A stretch of DNA of 58,285 nucleotides from a virus (Duplodnaviria; Caudoviricetes). The stretch lies in IMG/VR virus record IMGVR_UViG_3300050190_000052, positions 1 to 58,285 of that record; one strand, written 5' to 3'. The first letter of the stretch is position 1. Every line of letters starts with the position of its first letter. Position numbers and translations under genes: made by a program. A model generated the notes under the pieces. It saw nothing but the letters and a program-made list of their open reading frames with translations. It had not been told where the DNA came from and did not search any database. Below are positions 47,274 to 56,282 of this stretch, one piece after another.

Positions 47274-47529
47274 CCATCTCGCAGGCGCGGGCGGTCGCAT
47301 TGTCCGGCTCGGCCTCACCGAACATAAGCTCGGGATCCTCCTCCTCAATTTCTTCCAGCTTAAGTCCCTCTAAGAACGGAATGTCATGCTTCGATTCGAC
47401 AAACCTCCTTTTCAGATCGCCGGCGTATTCAACCCGGCGGCTCCGGCGAGCAATTCCAACCATCTGATATGCGTCCTCGTCTGAGAGCGCCCACTGATTG
47501 TAACCGACGGTAATCACCAGCATTTTCAT
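47188..47529 (-). CDS. small acidic protein whose 3' end runs into the CRISPR array
   Basis: AGGAG RBS, MKMLVITVGYNQW...LEEIEEEDPELMFGEAEP, then reads through repeat 4 and spacer 3 and stops in repeat 3. Confidence 0.7.
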   Translation of the reverse strand: MKMLVITVGYNQWALSDEDAYQMVGIARRSRRVEYAGDLKRRFVESKHDIPFLEGLKLEEIEEEDPELMFGEAEPDNATARACEMGVPRMCGDEPFGEAEPEQPEVRSPHTRG

Positions 47530-47544
47530 TACACACTCCTGGGT

Positions 47545-48426
47545 TTAGACGCTGTGAACTTCCTTAATCACCACGCCGGGAACACTGCGCACTTTTTCCG
47601 ATCTCACGGCGTATCCGATGCGCGACGCATTGAATTGCAGGTAAACCAGCAATCTCGGGTCTTTTGCCGCGGCTGCTACCAGATCGGCCAGCTCCGATTC
47701 ATGTTCAATGAATTGCCACGTCGTGCGGCTACTCATCACGCCGCCGTAGACGCCATGCACACGGGTCCGATCGGCTGCCGGTGCGTTTACCGCCGCGTCG
47801 GCCTGCTCGGCCTCCTGATAGGCTGTGGCGGCTTTGTCGAGGGCTTCCGGATCGTCGGATGCCAGTGCCTCGGCTGCGGCAATCTCAGCGGCTGCGCGCT
47901 TGCGCTCGGCCTCCGCCTTCTCGTTCTGTAGTTTTTCGGCGTTGGACCAATCTGTGTACCAAGTGCCCCATTCGATAATGCGGTTGAGCGGGGCGGATGC
48001 TCCACGCTGGACCTTTCCTTTGGCATCGGTGACGACGATCTGGTCAATTAGCGCGTTTTTTGCCCCATCGATCGCCTTTGACGCGCGCAAAACGGGTTCC
48101 TTTTCGAGCACGTGCAACGACAGGATCGTTTTGTGAACCGACCTGAAATCAGCCCGGATGTCGGCGAGCCGGCCGAGCAATTCGTCATCCCACAATTCCA
48201 CGCCCTCCGGCTTCCCCCCAACGGTCGCCGGCTTTGTTAAGGGGTATTGCGCGAGGATGCTGTCGAGCTGCGCCGTCATCGCGACCACACGTTCTGCTGA
48301 TGGCGCCAGCACGCGGCGCATGTGATTATCCCATCCATCAGGAGCCAGGACAATCGTTGGGCCTACAATTTCCTCCGGCGGATGGTTGTGTCCAGGGCCA
48401 GGAACATAGCGCCATTCTTCAATCAT
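47545..48426 (-). CDS. coiled-coil phage protein of the recombination module
   Basis: GPGHNHPP N-terminal motif, coiled coil, RTRVHGVYG..SSRTTW, RSVPGVVI; start at ATG 48426. Confidence 0.65.
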   Translation of the reverse strand: MIEEWRYVPGPGHNHPPEEIVGPTIVLAPDGWDNHMRRVLAPSAERVVAMTAQLDSILAQYPLTKPATVGGKPEGVELWDDELLGRLADIRADFRSVHKTILSLHVLEKEPVLRASKAIDGAKNALIDQIVVTDAKGKVQRGASAPLNRIIEWGTWYTDWSNAEKLQNEKAEAERKRAAAEIAAAEALASDDPEALDKAATAYQEAEQADAAVNAPAADRTRVHGVYGGVMSSRTTWQFIEHESELADLVAAAAKDPRLLVYLQFNASRIGYAVRSEKVRSVPGVVIKEVHSV

Positions 48427-48797
48427 CAAAAATCTTCGCTCCGCAACAATCGCGTGTTGATCGGCTGTGTCGGGTTTACTGACGGGTGGCCCGGCGAATG
48501 GATCTGGGCCCAATCGCGGATTGCGTTTCGATGCGCGTAGACGGCCTCGGTGCATGGCTGGCCGTGGATCAGCAGTTGTGTGATCGGATCGTATCTGTCG
48601 CCGGTCAGCCACCCCGCGACACGTTCGTCCAGATCGTCCGGCGTCATCAACGGATACGCTGTACCGTCGACTTCGAACACGTAGCAGCCGTCCAAAACGT
48701 GAACGCACGCCGGGACTGGCCATCCGCGCGACCGGAGCCGCACGGTATACAGGCCAGGCTCGGGGCGGGAGGCGTTGCGGGGAGGGGGTTTGCTCAT
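48426..48797 (-). CDS. hypothetical phage protein
   Basis: RPEPGLYTVRLRSRGWPVPACV; leaderless start at 48797. Confidence 0.6.
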   Translation of the reverse strand: MSKPPPRNASRPEPGLYTVRLRSRGWPVPACVHVLDGCYVFEVDGTAYPLMTPDDLDERVAGWLTGDRYDPITQLLIHGQPCTEAVYAHRNAIRDWAQIHSPGHPSVNPTQPINTRLLRSEDF

Positions 48798-48803
48798 GGG
48801 CCG

Positions 48804-48874
48804 AATATCCCCGCTATCGCTTCCGGTGTCAAGCACCGTCACCAATTGACAATGGCGGCATGACACTAGATTAT
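48804..48874. promoter_or_regulatory. back-to-back divergent sigma70-like promoters
   Basis: Minus: TTGACA-17-GATATT-6 nt-ATG(48797); plus: TTGACA(48846)-17-GATTAT-6 nt-ATG(48881). Confidence 0.7.
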
Positions 48875-48880
48875 ATCCCT

Positions 48881-49192
48881 ATGGCCGACAAACCTAAACG
48901 CAAGGGAACTGCCTTTTGGTTTCCTGACAGCCTGGGAGGCTTGCTACACGCGGTCGCTCACGCTGAAGATCGCACGTTGCCGACAGTTCTGGCGCGCGCG
49001 CTTCAGATCTACGCTTCGACGAGTCCGGAATATCAGAATGCACTCTCACTCTCACAGGAATCCAAAGATGGCGAAATCAGCACCGAAGAAAGCAGCGGAT
49101 CAGACCTCCCCGGCAAAGCCGCGCGGGCGCCCTCCGGGATCGAAAAACCAAAGTGTGTACGCGGGTCCTTTGGCTTCCGCGCCAGAAACTAA
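48881..49192 (+). CDS. ribbon-helix-helix (Arc/CopG-like) regulator
   Basis: KRKGTAFWFPDSLGGLLHAVAHAEDRTLPTVLARALQIY. Confidence 0.55.
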   Translation: MADKPKRKGTAFWFPDSLGGLLHAVAHAEDRTLPTVLARALQIYASTSPEYQNALSLSQESKDGEISTEESSGSDLPGKAARAPSGIEKPKCVRGSFGFRARN

Positions 49193-49688
49193 TGGACCGA
49201 GCGACGACGACATAAAGGGATGGCTCGCTGAGGCCACCGAGATCGAGACCGCGATGGCACGCGTTCGCCAAAAAATGTCCACGCTCAAAAAGGACGTAGA
49301 GGGCGGCGCGGGCGACTGGAAAGCGCTGAAGGCCGCGCTCGCCAGCACGAAACTTTCCAAGGCCGAGGCGATAGCCAATCTCGAAGCCGCCGTCCGTTAC
49401 CACAAGGCAATAAGTGTCCGCGTGTCGTTCGACCCGGACGGACAGGGTACATTTGCCGATCTCGTTGAGGAGACGGTGAACGGGTTCTCTGGCGCAGTCG
49501 ATGAAAAGCTGTCCGCCGCACGGGCAAAAAGCGACGGCTTCAATTCGAGTCGCCTGGGTGGGACACGCGAGGATAATCCGTTCAATCCTGGCTCCTTGGA
49601 ATACGCGGCATGGCAGGAAGGACTGGATCAGGAGGTCCGCGATCGCGGCACGACGATCTTAGCCGAGACCGGCGAAGTCATTCACTGA
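49068..49688 (+). CDS. GapR/DUF2312-like DNA-binding protein with AT-hook-like and RMF-like motifs
   Basis: KPRGRPPGSK; DIKGWLAEATEIE...LKKDVEG..GDWKALKAAL; DNPFNPGSLEYAAWQEG. Confidence 0.55.
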   Translation: MAKSAPKKAADQTSPAKPRGRPPGSKNQSVYAGPLASAPETNGPSDDDIKGWLAEATEIETAMARVRQKMSTLKKDVEGGAGDWKALKAALASTKLSKAEAIANLEAAVRYHKAISVRVSFDPDGQGTFADLVEETVNGFSGAVDEKLSAARAKSDGFNSSRLGGTREDNPFNPGSLEYAAWQEGLDQEVRDRGTTILAETGEVIH

Positions 49689-49705
49689 TGGAGGGAGCCA
49701 TCGCT

Positions 49706-50215
49706 ATGAGCGACGGGGATATCTGGCTCAGCGTTGATCCTGGCCTGTCCGGCGCACTCAGTTGGGTGACCGGAGCCGGGCATCTGATCGAAGTCGTGGA
49801 CATGCCGGTGATCGAAGTTGTCACCAATGGCAAGAAGCGGCGCAAGATCGACGCAGCCGGGCTCGTCGCACTCATGGGCAAGCGGCCGGTGACTGGGATG
49901 ATTGTCGAGGCGGTGATAGCGATGCCTCGACGCGGCCCAGATGGATTGCCGGTGACCATGGGCGCGACATCGTCGAACAGCGCAGCCCGCGGCGCCGGCA
50001 TCCTGGAAGGGATCGCCGCGGCCCTGGGTCTCCCCTACAGCGAAGTTATGCCGCATGTCTGGAAGCGTCGCGCAAGCGTGCCGAAGGACAAAGGCGGTGC
50101 GCGGTTGATGGCACAGCGAACGTGGCCCGGCGCGTTTGCTCTGTTCGCGAGGGTGAAAGACGATGGGCGGGCCGAAAGTGCGCTGCTCGGGAGATGGGCC
50201 GCGCTCGGCAGATAG
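49706..50215 (+). CDS. RuvC-like Holliday junction resolvase
   Basis: SVDPGLSGALS, IVEAV, PHVWK, DDGRAESALLG. Confidence 0.85.
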   Translation: MSDGDIWLSVDPGLSGALSWVTGAGHLIEVVDMPVIEVVTNGKKRRKIDAAGLVALMGKRPVTGMIVEAVIAMPRRGPDGLPVTMGATSSNSAARGAGILEGIAAALGLPYSEVMPHVWKRRASVPKDKGGARLMAQRTWPGAFALFARVKDDGRAESALLGRWAALGR

Positions 50216-50426
50216 TAAAACCAAAACCCCGCCTTGACGGGCGGGGTTGGCCAGGACTAACCTGAATAGATCGCGAAAGGGGCGGCAAACCCCGATCCCG
50301 GTAGATGGCTGGGAGGACAGCCAGGCGATTTACGCCGACCCGAATATATCTGTTTCGGTAAAAATCGCAATAGCTGCCTCCGAACCATCATATGTTTTTT
50401 TTGTGTGGAACAGGAGGAATAGAGTG

Positions 50427-50885
50427 ATGAATGATATCTTATACTACGAACTCACCAGTGGCCGCAGGCTGCGGCAAGACGACCTAACCCCTGAAAATCT
50501 TGCGCTCGTCCGGTTGGATTCTGGGAACAGTGGCTTCCTGAAAAATCTTATCAAATGCCTACAGGGAAACACTGAGCACCGGGCGGCGCTGATTGAGGAA
50601 GCGCAAGAGGTCATTGACATGGCCCTACGCCTTATCGACCAGACGATGGCGTGGATCGATTGGGAGACGGCTTCTCCCTCTGGCCATAGGCCACCTATCG
50701 ACATATTTGATCAGGACAGACGCCGGTTTCTCGGCGCCTATCGGGACTTTCTGTCTGAAGAAATCTTCTCAGATGGGTTGAAAGCGGAGACGATACGCTC
50801 CACGGAGAATGCTGTTCAGCAGATAGGATATTGCTGCGGACCCGCAAATAGTAAAATGGTACCGGAGGAGAACTCTAATGGCTGA
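50427..50885 (+). CDS. hypothetical protein (lower GC)
   Basis: AGGAGG RBS; coupled to dnaB. Confidence 0.55.
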   Translation: MNDILYYELTSGRRLRQDDLTPENLALVRLDSGNSGFLKNLIKCLQGNTEHRAALIEEAQEVIDMALRLIDQTMAWIDWETASPSGHRPPIDIFDQDRRRFLGAYRDFLSEEIFSDGLKAETIRSTENAVQQIGYCCGPANSKMVPEENSNG

Positions 50886-52404
50886 GCCGAGATCGCTATC
50901 ACAGGAGGCATTTAGAGCCCCACGCGACATATTCCCCGGCCTTAGTCTACGACACCCACCCCAAAATATCCAGGCCGAGCAAGGACTTCTTGGGGCTCTT
51001 CTCGCCAGCAATGCGGCCTATGCTAAAGTCGCGGACTTCCTTGAACCGAGGCACTTCGCTGATCCGCTTCACGGTCAAATTTACGGACGTATAGCTGAGC
51101 GCATTCTGGGCGGCCGAATAGCGAACGCCGTCGCGATGAAGCTGGATTTTGAGGTCGATCCATTTCCTGGTATGTTGATATCAGTTGACACCTATCTTGC
51201 TGATCTTCTCATCAGTAATCCAGGCATTATTGTCGTCAGCGAATACGGACGCGCGATCCTGGACGCGTGGCAACGCCGTCGCCTTGTCGAGATTGGCGAG
51301 GCCGTCGTCAACAATGCGTTCGGCGCCGATCCTGGTCTGGATGCTGATGGACAAATCCAGGCGGCCGAGCAATCGATCGCCTCCCTGCGGCAGGTAGGTC
51401 AGCGCGGGGACCGTATGTCCAGCGCGGGGAGTCTGGTGAGCGGAGCCATTGCCCAGGCCGAGGCTGTCTATCAGGGCGTTCCCTCCCGCCGGGTGATGAC
51501 AGGGATGCCCACCATCGACCAGGCCATACGATTACTACCCGGAACGCTAACGCTGCTGGCGGGGCCTCCAGGCTCCGGCAAGACGGCGCTCGCAACCCAG
51601 ATCGGGAAGTCAATCGCGAAGAGGCTTTATGCGGACCGGCCATCGTTTAACCAGCCGGGCGTAGCGATCTTTAGCCTGGAAATGTCAGGCGAAGAACTTG
51701 GCGAACGAATCTTGGCCCATGAGGCTGAAATCGCACTGGATCACCTCCAGGATGGCCGCCTCGACGACGCCACTGTAGAGAACCTGATGCGAGCCGAGAC
51801 CGCGCTGCGCCATGTGCCGCTACGAATATGGGATTGCACCGAGACGCCTCTGCGCATGATCCCGCGCAAGATCCGATTACATCTGTCGAATCGTCCGGAG
51901 TCGCTGGTGATAGTCGATCATCTGCACGTTGACGGCGCGGATGGCGATAAGGGGCGTCAGGGAGAAAATCCGAGCGTTAACCAACTCGCCGGCGCGTTCA
52001 AGACGCTTGCCCGTGCCATGGATATCCCGATTATCCTGTTGGCGCATATGAGCAGGCCGCCGAAGGGCGTCGAAGTACGGCGCCCGACGCTATTTGACGT
52101 AAAGTATGGCGGAGAGAGCGCGGCGGACATCGTGATGTTCCCCCACCGACCGATCATGTTCATGGACACAAAGCCTCCGGTGATGAAGGCCAAGGAAACA
52201 GACGATGAGTTCCGTGGCCCCAATGGCACATTCACGCGCTGGCACAACGCGCTTGAGGGGGCACGTGACCTCGCTGAGATTGTGGTGGTCAAGCAGCGAA
52301 GCGGGCGCCCGGGGGTCTATCGGATGCGATTCCATGGCAGTACCACATCGTTTTCCGAGTGGTCTACTGAACTCGATGTGGACGACCCGCAGTGGGAAGA
52401 GTAG
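50878..52404 (+). CDS. dnaB: replicative DNA helicase DnaB-like
   Basis: PPQNIQAEQGLLGALL N-domain, Walker A GPPGSGKT, IFSLEMS, VIVDHL, LLAHMSR, AEIVVVKQRSG. Confidence 0.92.
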   Translation: MAEPRSLSQEAFRAPRDIFPGLSLRHPPQNIQAEQGLLGALLASNAAYAKVADFLEPRHFADPLHGQIYGRIAERILGGRIANAVAMKLDFEVDPFPGMLISVDTYLADLLISNPGIIVVSEYGRAILDAWQRRRLVEIGEAVVNNAFGADPGLDADGQIQAAEQSIASLRQVGQRGDRMSSAGSLVSGAIAQAEAVYQGVPSRRVMTGMPTIDQAIRLLPGTLTLLAGPPGSGKTALATQIGKSIAKRLYADRPSFNQPGVAIFSLEMSGEELGERILAHEAEIALDHLQDGRLDDATVENLMRAETALRHVPLRIWDCTETPLRMIPRKIRLHLSNRPESLVIVDHLHVDGADGDKGRQGENPSVNQLAGAFKTLARAMDIPIILLAHMSRPPKGVEVRRPTLFDVKYGGESAADIVMFPHRPIMFMDTKPPVMKAKETDDEFRGPNGTFTRWHNALEGARDLAEIVVVKQRSGRPGVYRMRFHGSTTSFSEWSTELDVDDPQWEE

Positions 52405-52531
52405 AAATGGAAACGCCAGCCTTGGCGGGCTGGCGCTGAATTAACATGGAGTCCGTGGCGCGGGCCACAAGGCGGCTAGCAACTGCTCATGTAGGCCCCC
52501 GCGCGGACTCCGTCAATGATGGAGTTGAAAA

Positions 52532-52876
52532 ATGAGCAACGAGGTTCAGGCTTTTGCCATGATTCCGGTCCGGGTAATCAAGGATTTATCTCTGTCCCAC
52601 GCGGAGTTCCGAGCCTTTGCCGCCGTTGCCATGCATCGGCATAATAAGCTCGGCTGGGCGTTCCCAAGTCACGCAACGTTAGCTACGGATCTCGGGTTCA
52701 TGCCTGGGCCAGGAGGAGCTGAACGTGTTCGGCAACTCCTGTGGCCTTCAATCGAGAAAGGCTACCTGGAACGAATATCCGGCTCCGGCAGAACACGCTC
52801 TCGTTACCGGGTGATCCATGACCAACCCGCTCCAACACTGAGAACCTCCCTCGATGATGGAGTGGATTGGTCATGA
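52532..52876 (+). CDS. winged-helix replication-associated protein
   Basis: FAMIPVRVIKDLSLSHAEFR...GWAFPSHATLATDLG. Confidence 0.7.
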   Translation: MSNEVQAFAMIPVRVIKDLSLSHAEFRAFAAVAMHRHNKLGWAFPSHATLATDLGFMPGPGGAERVRQLLWPSIEKGYLERISGSGRTRSRYRVIHDQPAPTLRTSLDDGVDWS

Positions 52877-53847
52877 GTTGGAAAGCAATGATTTGGACCC
52901 ATAAACTCAGGGTCCAACTATCTTCCGTTGAATATCGGACGCTGATGGTCCTCGCAGAACATGCCCACGAAGATGGAAGAGGGGCATATCCGGCGGTAAT
53001 GACGATCGCCGAACATGCTGAAATGAGCGTTCGTAGCGTACAGCGTTCACTGAGGGTCCTTGAAAATCGGGATGTGATATCTCTTCAGAACCCGGCGACA
53101 CACAGCAGATCCGCAGTCTGGCGATTAAATATGAGCCTGGATATTGTCGCGTCTGTCACCCCTCCTGCATTAGAACAGGGGTGCCAACTGGTCCATTTAG
53201 GGGTGCCAACTGGTCCATTTAGAGGTGCCAGCGTGGCATCCGAACCAAAGATAGAACCTAAGATAGAACCTAAGCAGCAAGATAGAATACCAAAAGCGGC
53301 TGCGAAGAGAACCCATATCGCGGTAGACTGGACCCCTGGGCCAGCAGATCGGGAGTATGCCGATAACCTTGGCATTCCAGAGTCTCAGGTCAGCGCTTTC
53401 GTCGATTACCATCTTGCGAACGGGACGCTCATGGCGTCCTGGCCTGCTGCCTGGAGGACCTGGTGCCGTAATTGTACGCGGTTCGGGACAGCGACCGGGA
53501 AGCCCAATAAGTCTCAGGAAGAGATTGCGTTCGACGGAAACGATGCGTGGGGAGCCGAGGCATGGGCCGCCTCACTGCCAGACGCAAAAACAGGCAAGCT
53601 ACAGGATGAAACCGAAGTGCTGACTCTGGGTGGCATCGCGGCAGCGTGGACGGCGCGAGACTGCTGTGAGGCGGCAGGGTTCCCCGCAAGCTGGCGCGGC
53701 GACCTGTCACCGGTAGCCCATTGGCTACGTGATCGCCTGGAGCCGGATGAGGTTATCGAGGCGATCCGGACGAGCACGAAGCCGAACAAGCCAGTGTTGA
53801 CATACTTCGATCGACGCGTCCGAGAGAAAGCGAGTGTGCGATTATGA
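52873..53847 (+). CDS. replication initiator (HTH N-terminus, DnaT-like domain)
   Basis: LMVLAEHA..DG.AYPAVMTIAEHAEMSVRSVQRSLRVLE; IAVDWTPG...FVDYH...WPAAWRTWCRN; internal iterons. Confidence 0.78.
   Translation: MSWKAMIWTHKLRVQLSSVEYRTLMVLAEHAHEDGRGAYPAVMTIAEHAEMSVRSVQRSLRVLENRDVISLQNPATHSRSAVWRLNMSLDIVASVTPPALEQGCQLVHLGVPTGPFRGASVASEPKIEPKIEPKQQDRIPKAAAKRTHIAVDWTPGPADREYADNLGIPESQVSAFVDYHLANGTLMASWPAAWRTWCRNCTRFGTATGKPNKSQEEIAFDGNDAWGAEAWAASLPDAKTGKLQDETEVLTLGGIAAAWTARDCCEAAGFPASWRGDLSPVAHWLRDRLEPDEVIEAIRTSTKPNKPVLTYFDRRVREKASVRL
53177..53274 (+). repeat. iteron-like repeats, probable replication origin inside the initiator gene
   Basis: AGGGGTGCCAACTGGTCCATTT twice (53177-53220) plus partial third, inverted TGGCATCC, then about 3 x 12-bp GAACC(A/T)AAGATA. 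Confidence 0.75.
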
Positions 53848-54143
53848 GCGTCCTCCTGTCGTCGCCCTCCGAATGGCAGCCTATGCGCGTGGATCTGCTG
53901 CGTTGCGACTGCGGATCCGGGGCACAGGTGTTCGCGGTTGTCCCGGGCCAGGATGCGGTCTATGCGGTCGCGCGGAACTTTCTCGGCATCCCGGACAAAC
54001 GGCTGGGCTCAATAATGGTGGCCCGGCCGGTCGCGGATCGTGGGATCTGTGGGGTGTGCTGGAAGAGGAGATACGCTCAGCCGGCGTCGGTGGGCGCGAC
54101 CGGCAAAGGGACTGTGACGATTCGGACCGTGCCGGACTCCTGA
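53844..54143 (+). CDS. Cys-containing hypothetical protein
   Basis: CDCG and CGVC pairs; ATGA overlap with initiator. Confidence 0.5.
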   Translation: MSVLLSSPSEWQPMRVDLLRCDCGSGAQVFAVVPGQDAVYAVARNFLGIPDKRLGSIMVARPVADRGICGVCWKRRYAQPASVGATGKGTVTIRTVPDS

Positions 54144-55072
54144 AGTGCTCGGACCACACGCGCCGCGGTTTCGCCGTAGTGGCCCCAACGTCCGCACCCC
54201 TCGTCGATCAAAACGGCGCGGATGATGGCCGCCGCAAGCCAGTCTACGTCGTCCATTTCTGCCATCGGGAAAACCCCTCCATCGTGAGGCCATATACAGA
54301 CACTCGAAGGTCAGGGCCGGCTCCCACGTCGAGGACTTTTGTTCCGGTCAGCATAATCAGGCCAGCCCCGAGCAGTAGCCTGATACCGGAGCGATTTTGG
54401 TCTGGTCCCGGCATGATGCCGACCGCGATGTCTTCAAAACAACTCTCGGCGGCCATTCCGAGCCCATGGCAGGGATGATCGTTCAAATCGGCAAAATCGG
54501 CAGCCATGGCGTCCGGCCGAGCACCACGAGGGCCATGGTCGTGGCGAGATCGGCCACGTTCCCGGGCACCTCGCTGATATCCATCGGCTTTATCAGAGCC
54601 AGAGGCTCCCCGACGTACCGGTAGCCGGCCCAGATCATCTGGCCGAGCTGGAAATCAAGGCAATACGCGACATTGACGCGTGCCCCGAACGACGCGATCA
54701 CCTGAACGTTGGGACATTCGCCCTGGCGCTCCGCGTGGCCCCCCAGGATGCCCGGGGGACGCCGGTCGCTCGCCACCCATGCAACTTCATTCCGGGTCAT
54801 GACAAGCTATCCAGCATGGCCAGAGCTTTGTCCCGCGGTAGGCTCCAGATCGTGAGGCCAAGGGGCGCCAGGATCGCGGCTATTTCGCCTTTCTCCCAGC
54901 CGCCGGATGGTACTTCCAGCCATTCACACATGCGCCTTATTTGCCGCGATCTGTCCGGCTCAGGAAGTCCCATTATCCGCCCTCGCAGGTCCCGCTCGGC
55001 CATCGCCTGGCGTTCGACTTCTCGTTTGGCGCTTTCCAACATCCATTCATGGTCGCGCGTGTATTGGTTCAT
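54077..55072 (-). CDS. run of four small coupled hypothetical ORFs (54077-54265, 54244-54507, 54483-54800, 54797-55072)
   Basis: Co-oriented overlapping ORFs downstream of gcrA; no motifs recognised. Confidence 0.45.
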
Positions 55073-55617
55073 GGGGATCCTCCGCCGGCCGCGCCGGTTA
55101 CTCTGCTGCTCCGGTCGATTTCGCGTTCTGCTGTCGCTTTGGCGATGACTGCACGCGCGGCGACACCAAGCGGCAAACGAGTATGAGCGAAGTGGCTCGC
55201 GACATTTTTGGCAAACGCCAGTAGATCGGCGTTAATCGCGCGCAATGCCGATATTGTCGCGGTGTCCTCCTGCGTCTCGCGTTCTGCTATCGCTTTGGCG
55301 AGGGCCGCGCGTCGTTTCAACCGCGCGTCGTCAAACAATAGGAAACAGGCAGGGCATAATTCTGGAATTCCATGGCCCTCGCATTCCTCGCAATTTGCGT
55401 TGAATGTCTCTGCGTCTTCGATGGCTATGAGAGCAGCAAACATCTCCGGTGCGGCGTCCTCCTGCGCCTTGCGGATCGCGCGTAGTTTCTCCGGGCTCAC
55501 CCATTCGTCGCCGTAGAACGTCTCGCCGGCGGCCATGTCCTGGGCCGCGGTGCGTGGCTCCATCGGCTTTTCCGTGGGGATATCCCGGATCAGTGTGGGG
55601 TATTTCGACATGTTCAT
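55069..55617 (-). CDS. hypothetical protein with AAPEM motif and CxxC pairs
   Basis: MNMSKYPT...DAAPEMFAAL...CEECEG...CPAC...RAALAKA; start moved downstream of the gcrA stop. Confidence 0.55.
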   Translation of the reverse strand: MNMSKYPTLIRDIPTEKPMEPRTAAQDMAAGETFYGDEWVSPEKLRAIRKAQEDAAPEMFAALIAIEDAETFNANCEECEGHGIPELCPACFLLFDDARLKRRAALAKAIAERETQEDTATISALRAINADLLAFAKNVASHFAHTRLPLGVAARAVIAKATAEREIDRSSRVTGAAGGGSP

Positions 55618-55648
55618 CTGCGGTCTTCCTTTGGTTGTTGGGCGTTCA

Positions 55649-56278
55649 CTATTTTGCCATGTGAGCAGCAAGTCTGGCATCGGCATAATCCTCGCGCCTG
55701 TCGCGCACTCTGACGTACGCCCTGGCGTGATGCGTGGGGCAGTAACTGCTCCCGGGAGCCGATAGATCGTCGCATGAGTGGTAGTCTGGCGTCCCGGGTT
55801 CGCCGATCGGCCATAAACATTTGGCAACGCGACCGTAGCGCATCGTGGACAGAGCCGCCGGGGGCGGCGTGGGGGCCGGTCTGGCGACTGGGGGCATTGT
55901 GACCACAGGCTTGATCACGACGGCGTCTGGGGTGGCCTCAGGGAGCGTCGTGACGGGGTCCGCTGGCGCCTCTGAGCGCAGTGGTGGCAAGCCAGGAACC
56001 TTCATTCCGAGAGTTAGACGGTATCGGGCCTGACGTTCTCTCTCCCGGGCCGCCCGTTGCTCGATGTCTTCTGCGGATGGGGTGTGCCATTCGCCGTTGT
56101 CGCGTTTGATCGGCGAGGCGCGTGCGGGAAGGCCAAGGCGGTGCGCGCGTCCAATGCAGGCATTCTTGGTGCGGCCCATACGCAGGCCGATAGCGGATGT
56201 CGAAAGCCCCTCGTCCCAAAGCGTGCGTAGTTGTGCGATATCGTCGGGAGGCCAGTCATTGTGCTGTCTTTGGATCAT
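55649..56278 (-). CDS. gcrA: GcrA-family cell-cycle regulator
   Basis: WPPDDIAQLRTLWDEGLSTSAIG..MG.TKNACIGRAHRLGL N-domain; CLWPIGEP..DYHSC...GSSYCPTHHARAY C-domain. Confidence 0.9.
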   Translation of the reverse strand: MIQRQHNDWPPDDIAQLRTLWDEGLSTSAIGLRMGRTKNACIGRAHRLGLPARASPIKRDNGEWHTPSAEDIEQRAARERERQARYRLTLGMKVPGLPPLRSEAPADPVTTLPEATPDAVVIKPVVTMPPVARPAPTPPPAALSTMRYGRVAKCLWPIGEPGTPDYHSCDDLSAPGSSYCPTHHARAYVRVRDRREDYADARLAAHMAK

Positions 56279-56282
56279 CTCG

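Noticed and set aside
53177-53230. 22-bp repeats as a second CRISPR array
   Set aside because: Tandem with no spacers and inside the initiator gene; better explained as iterons.
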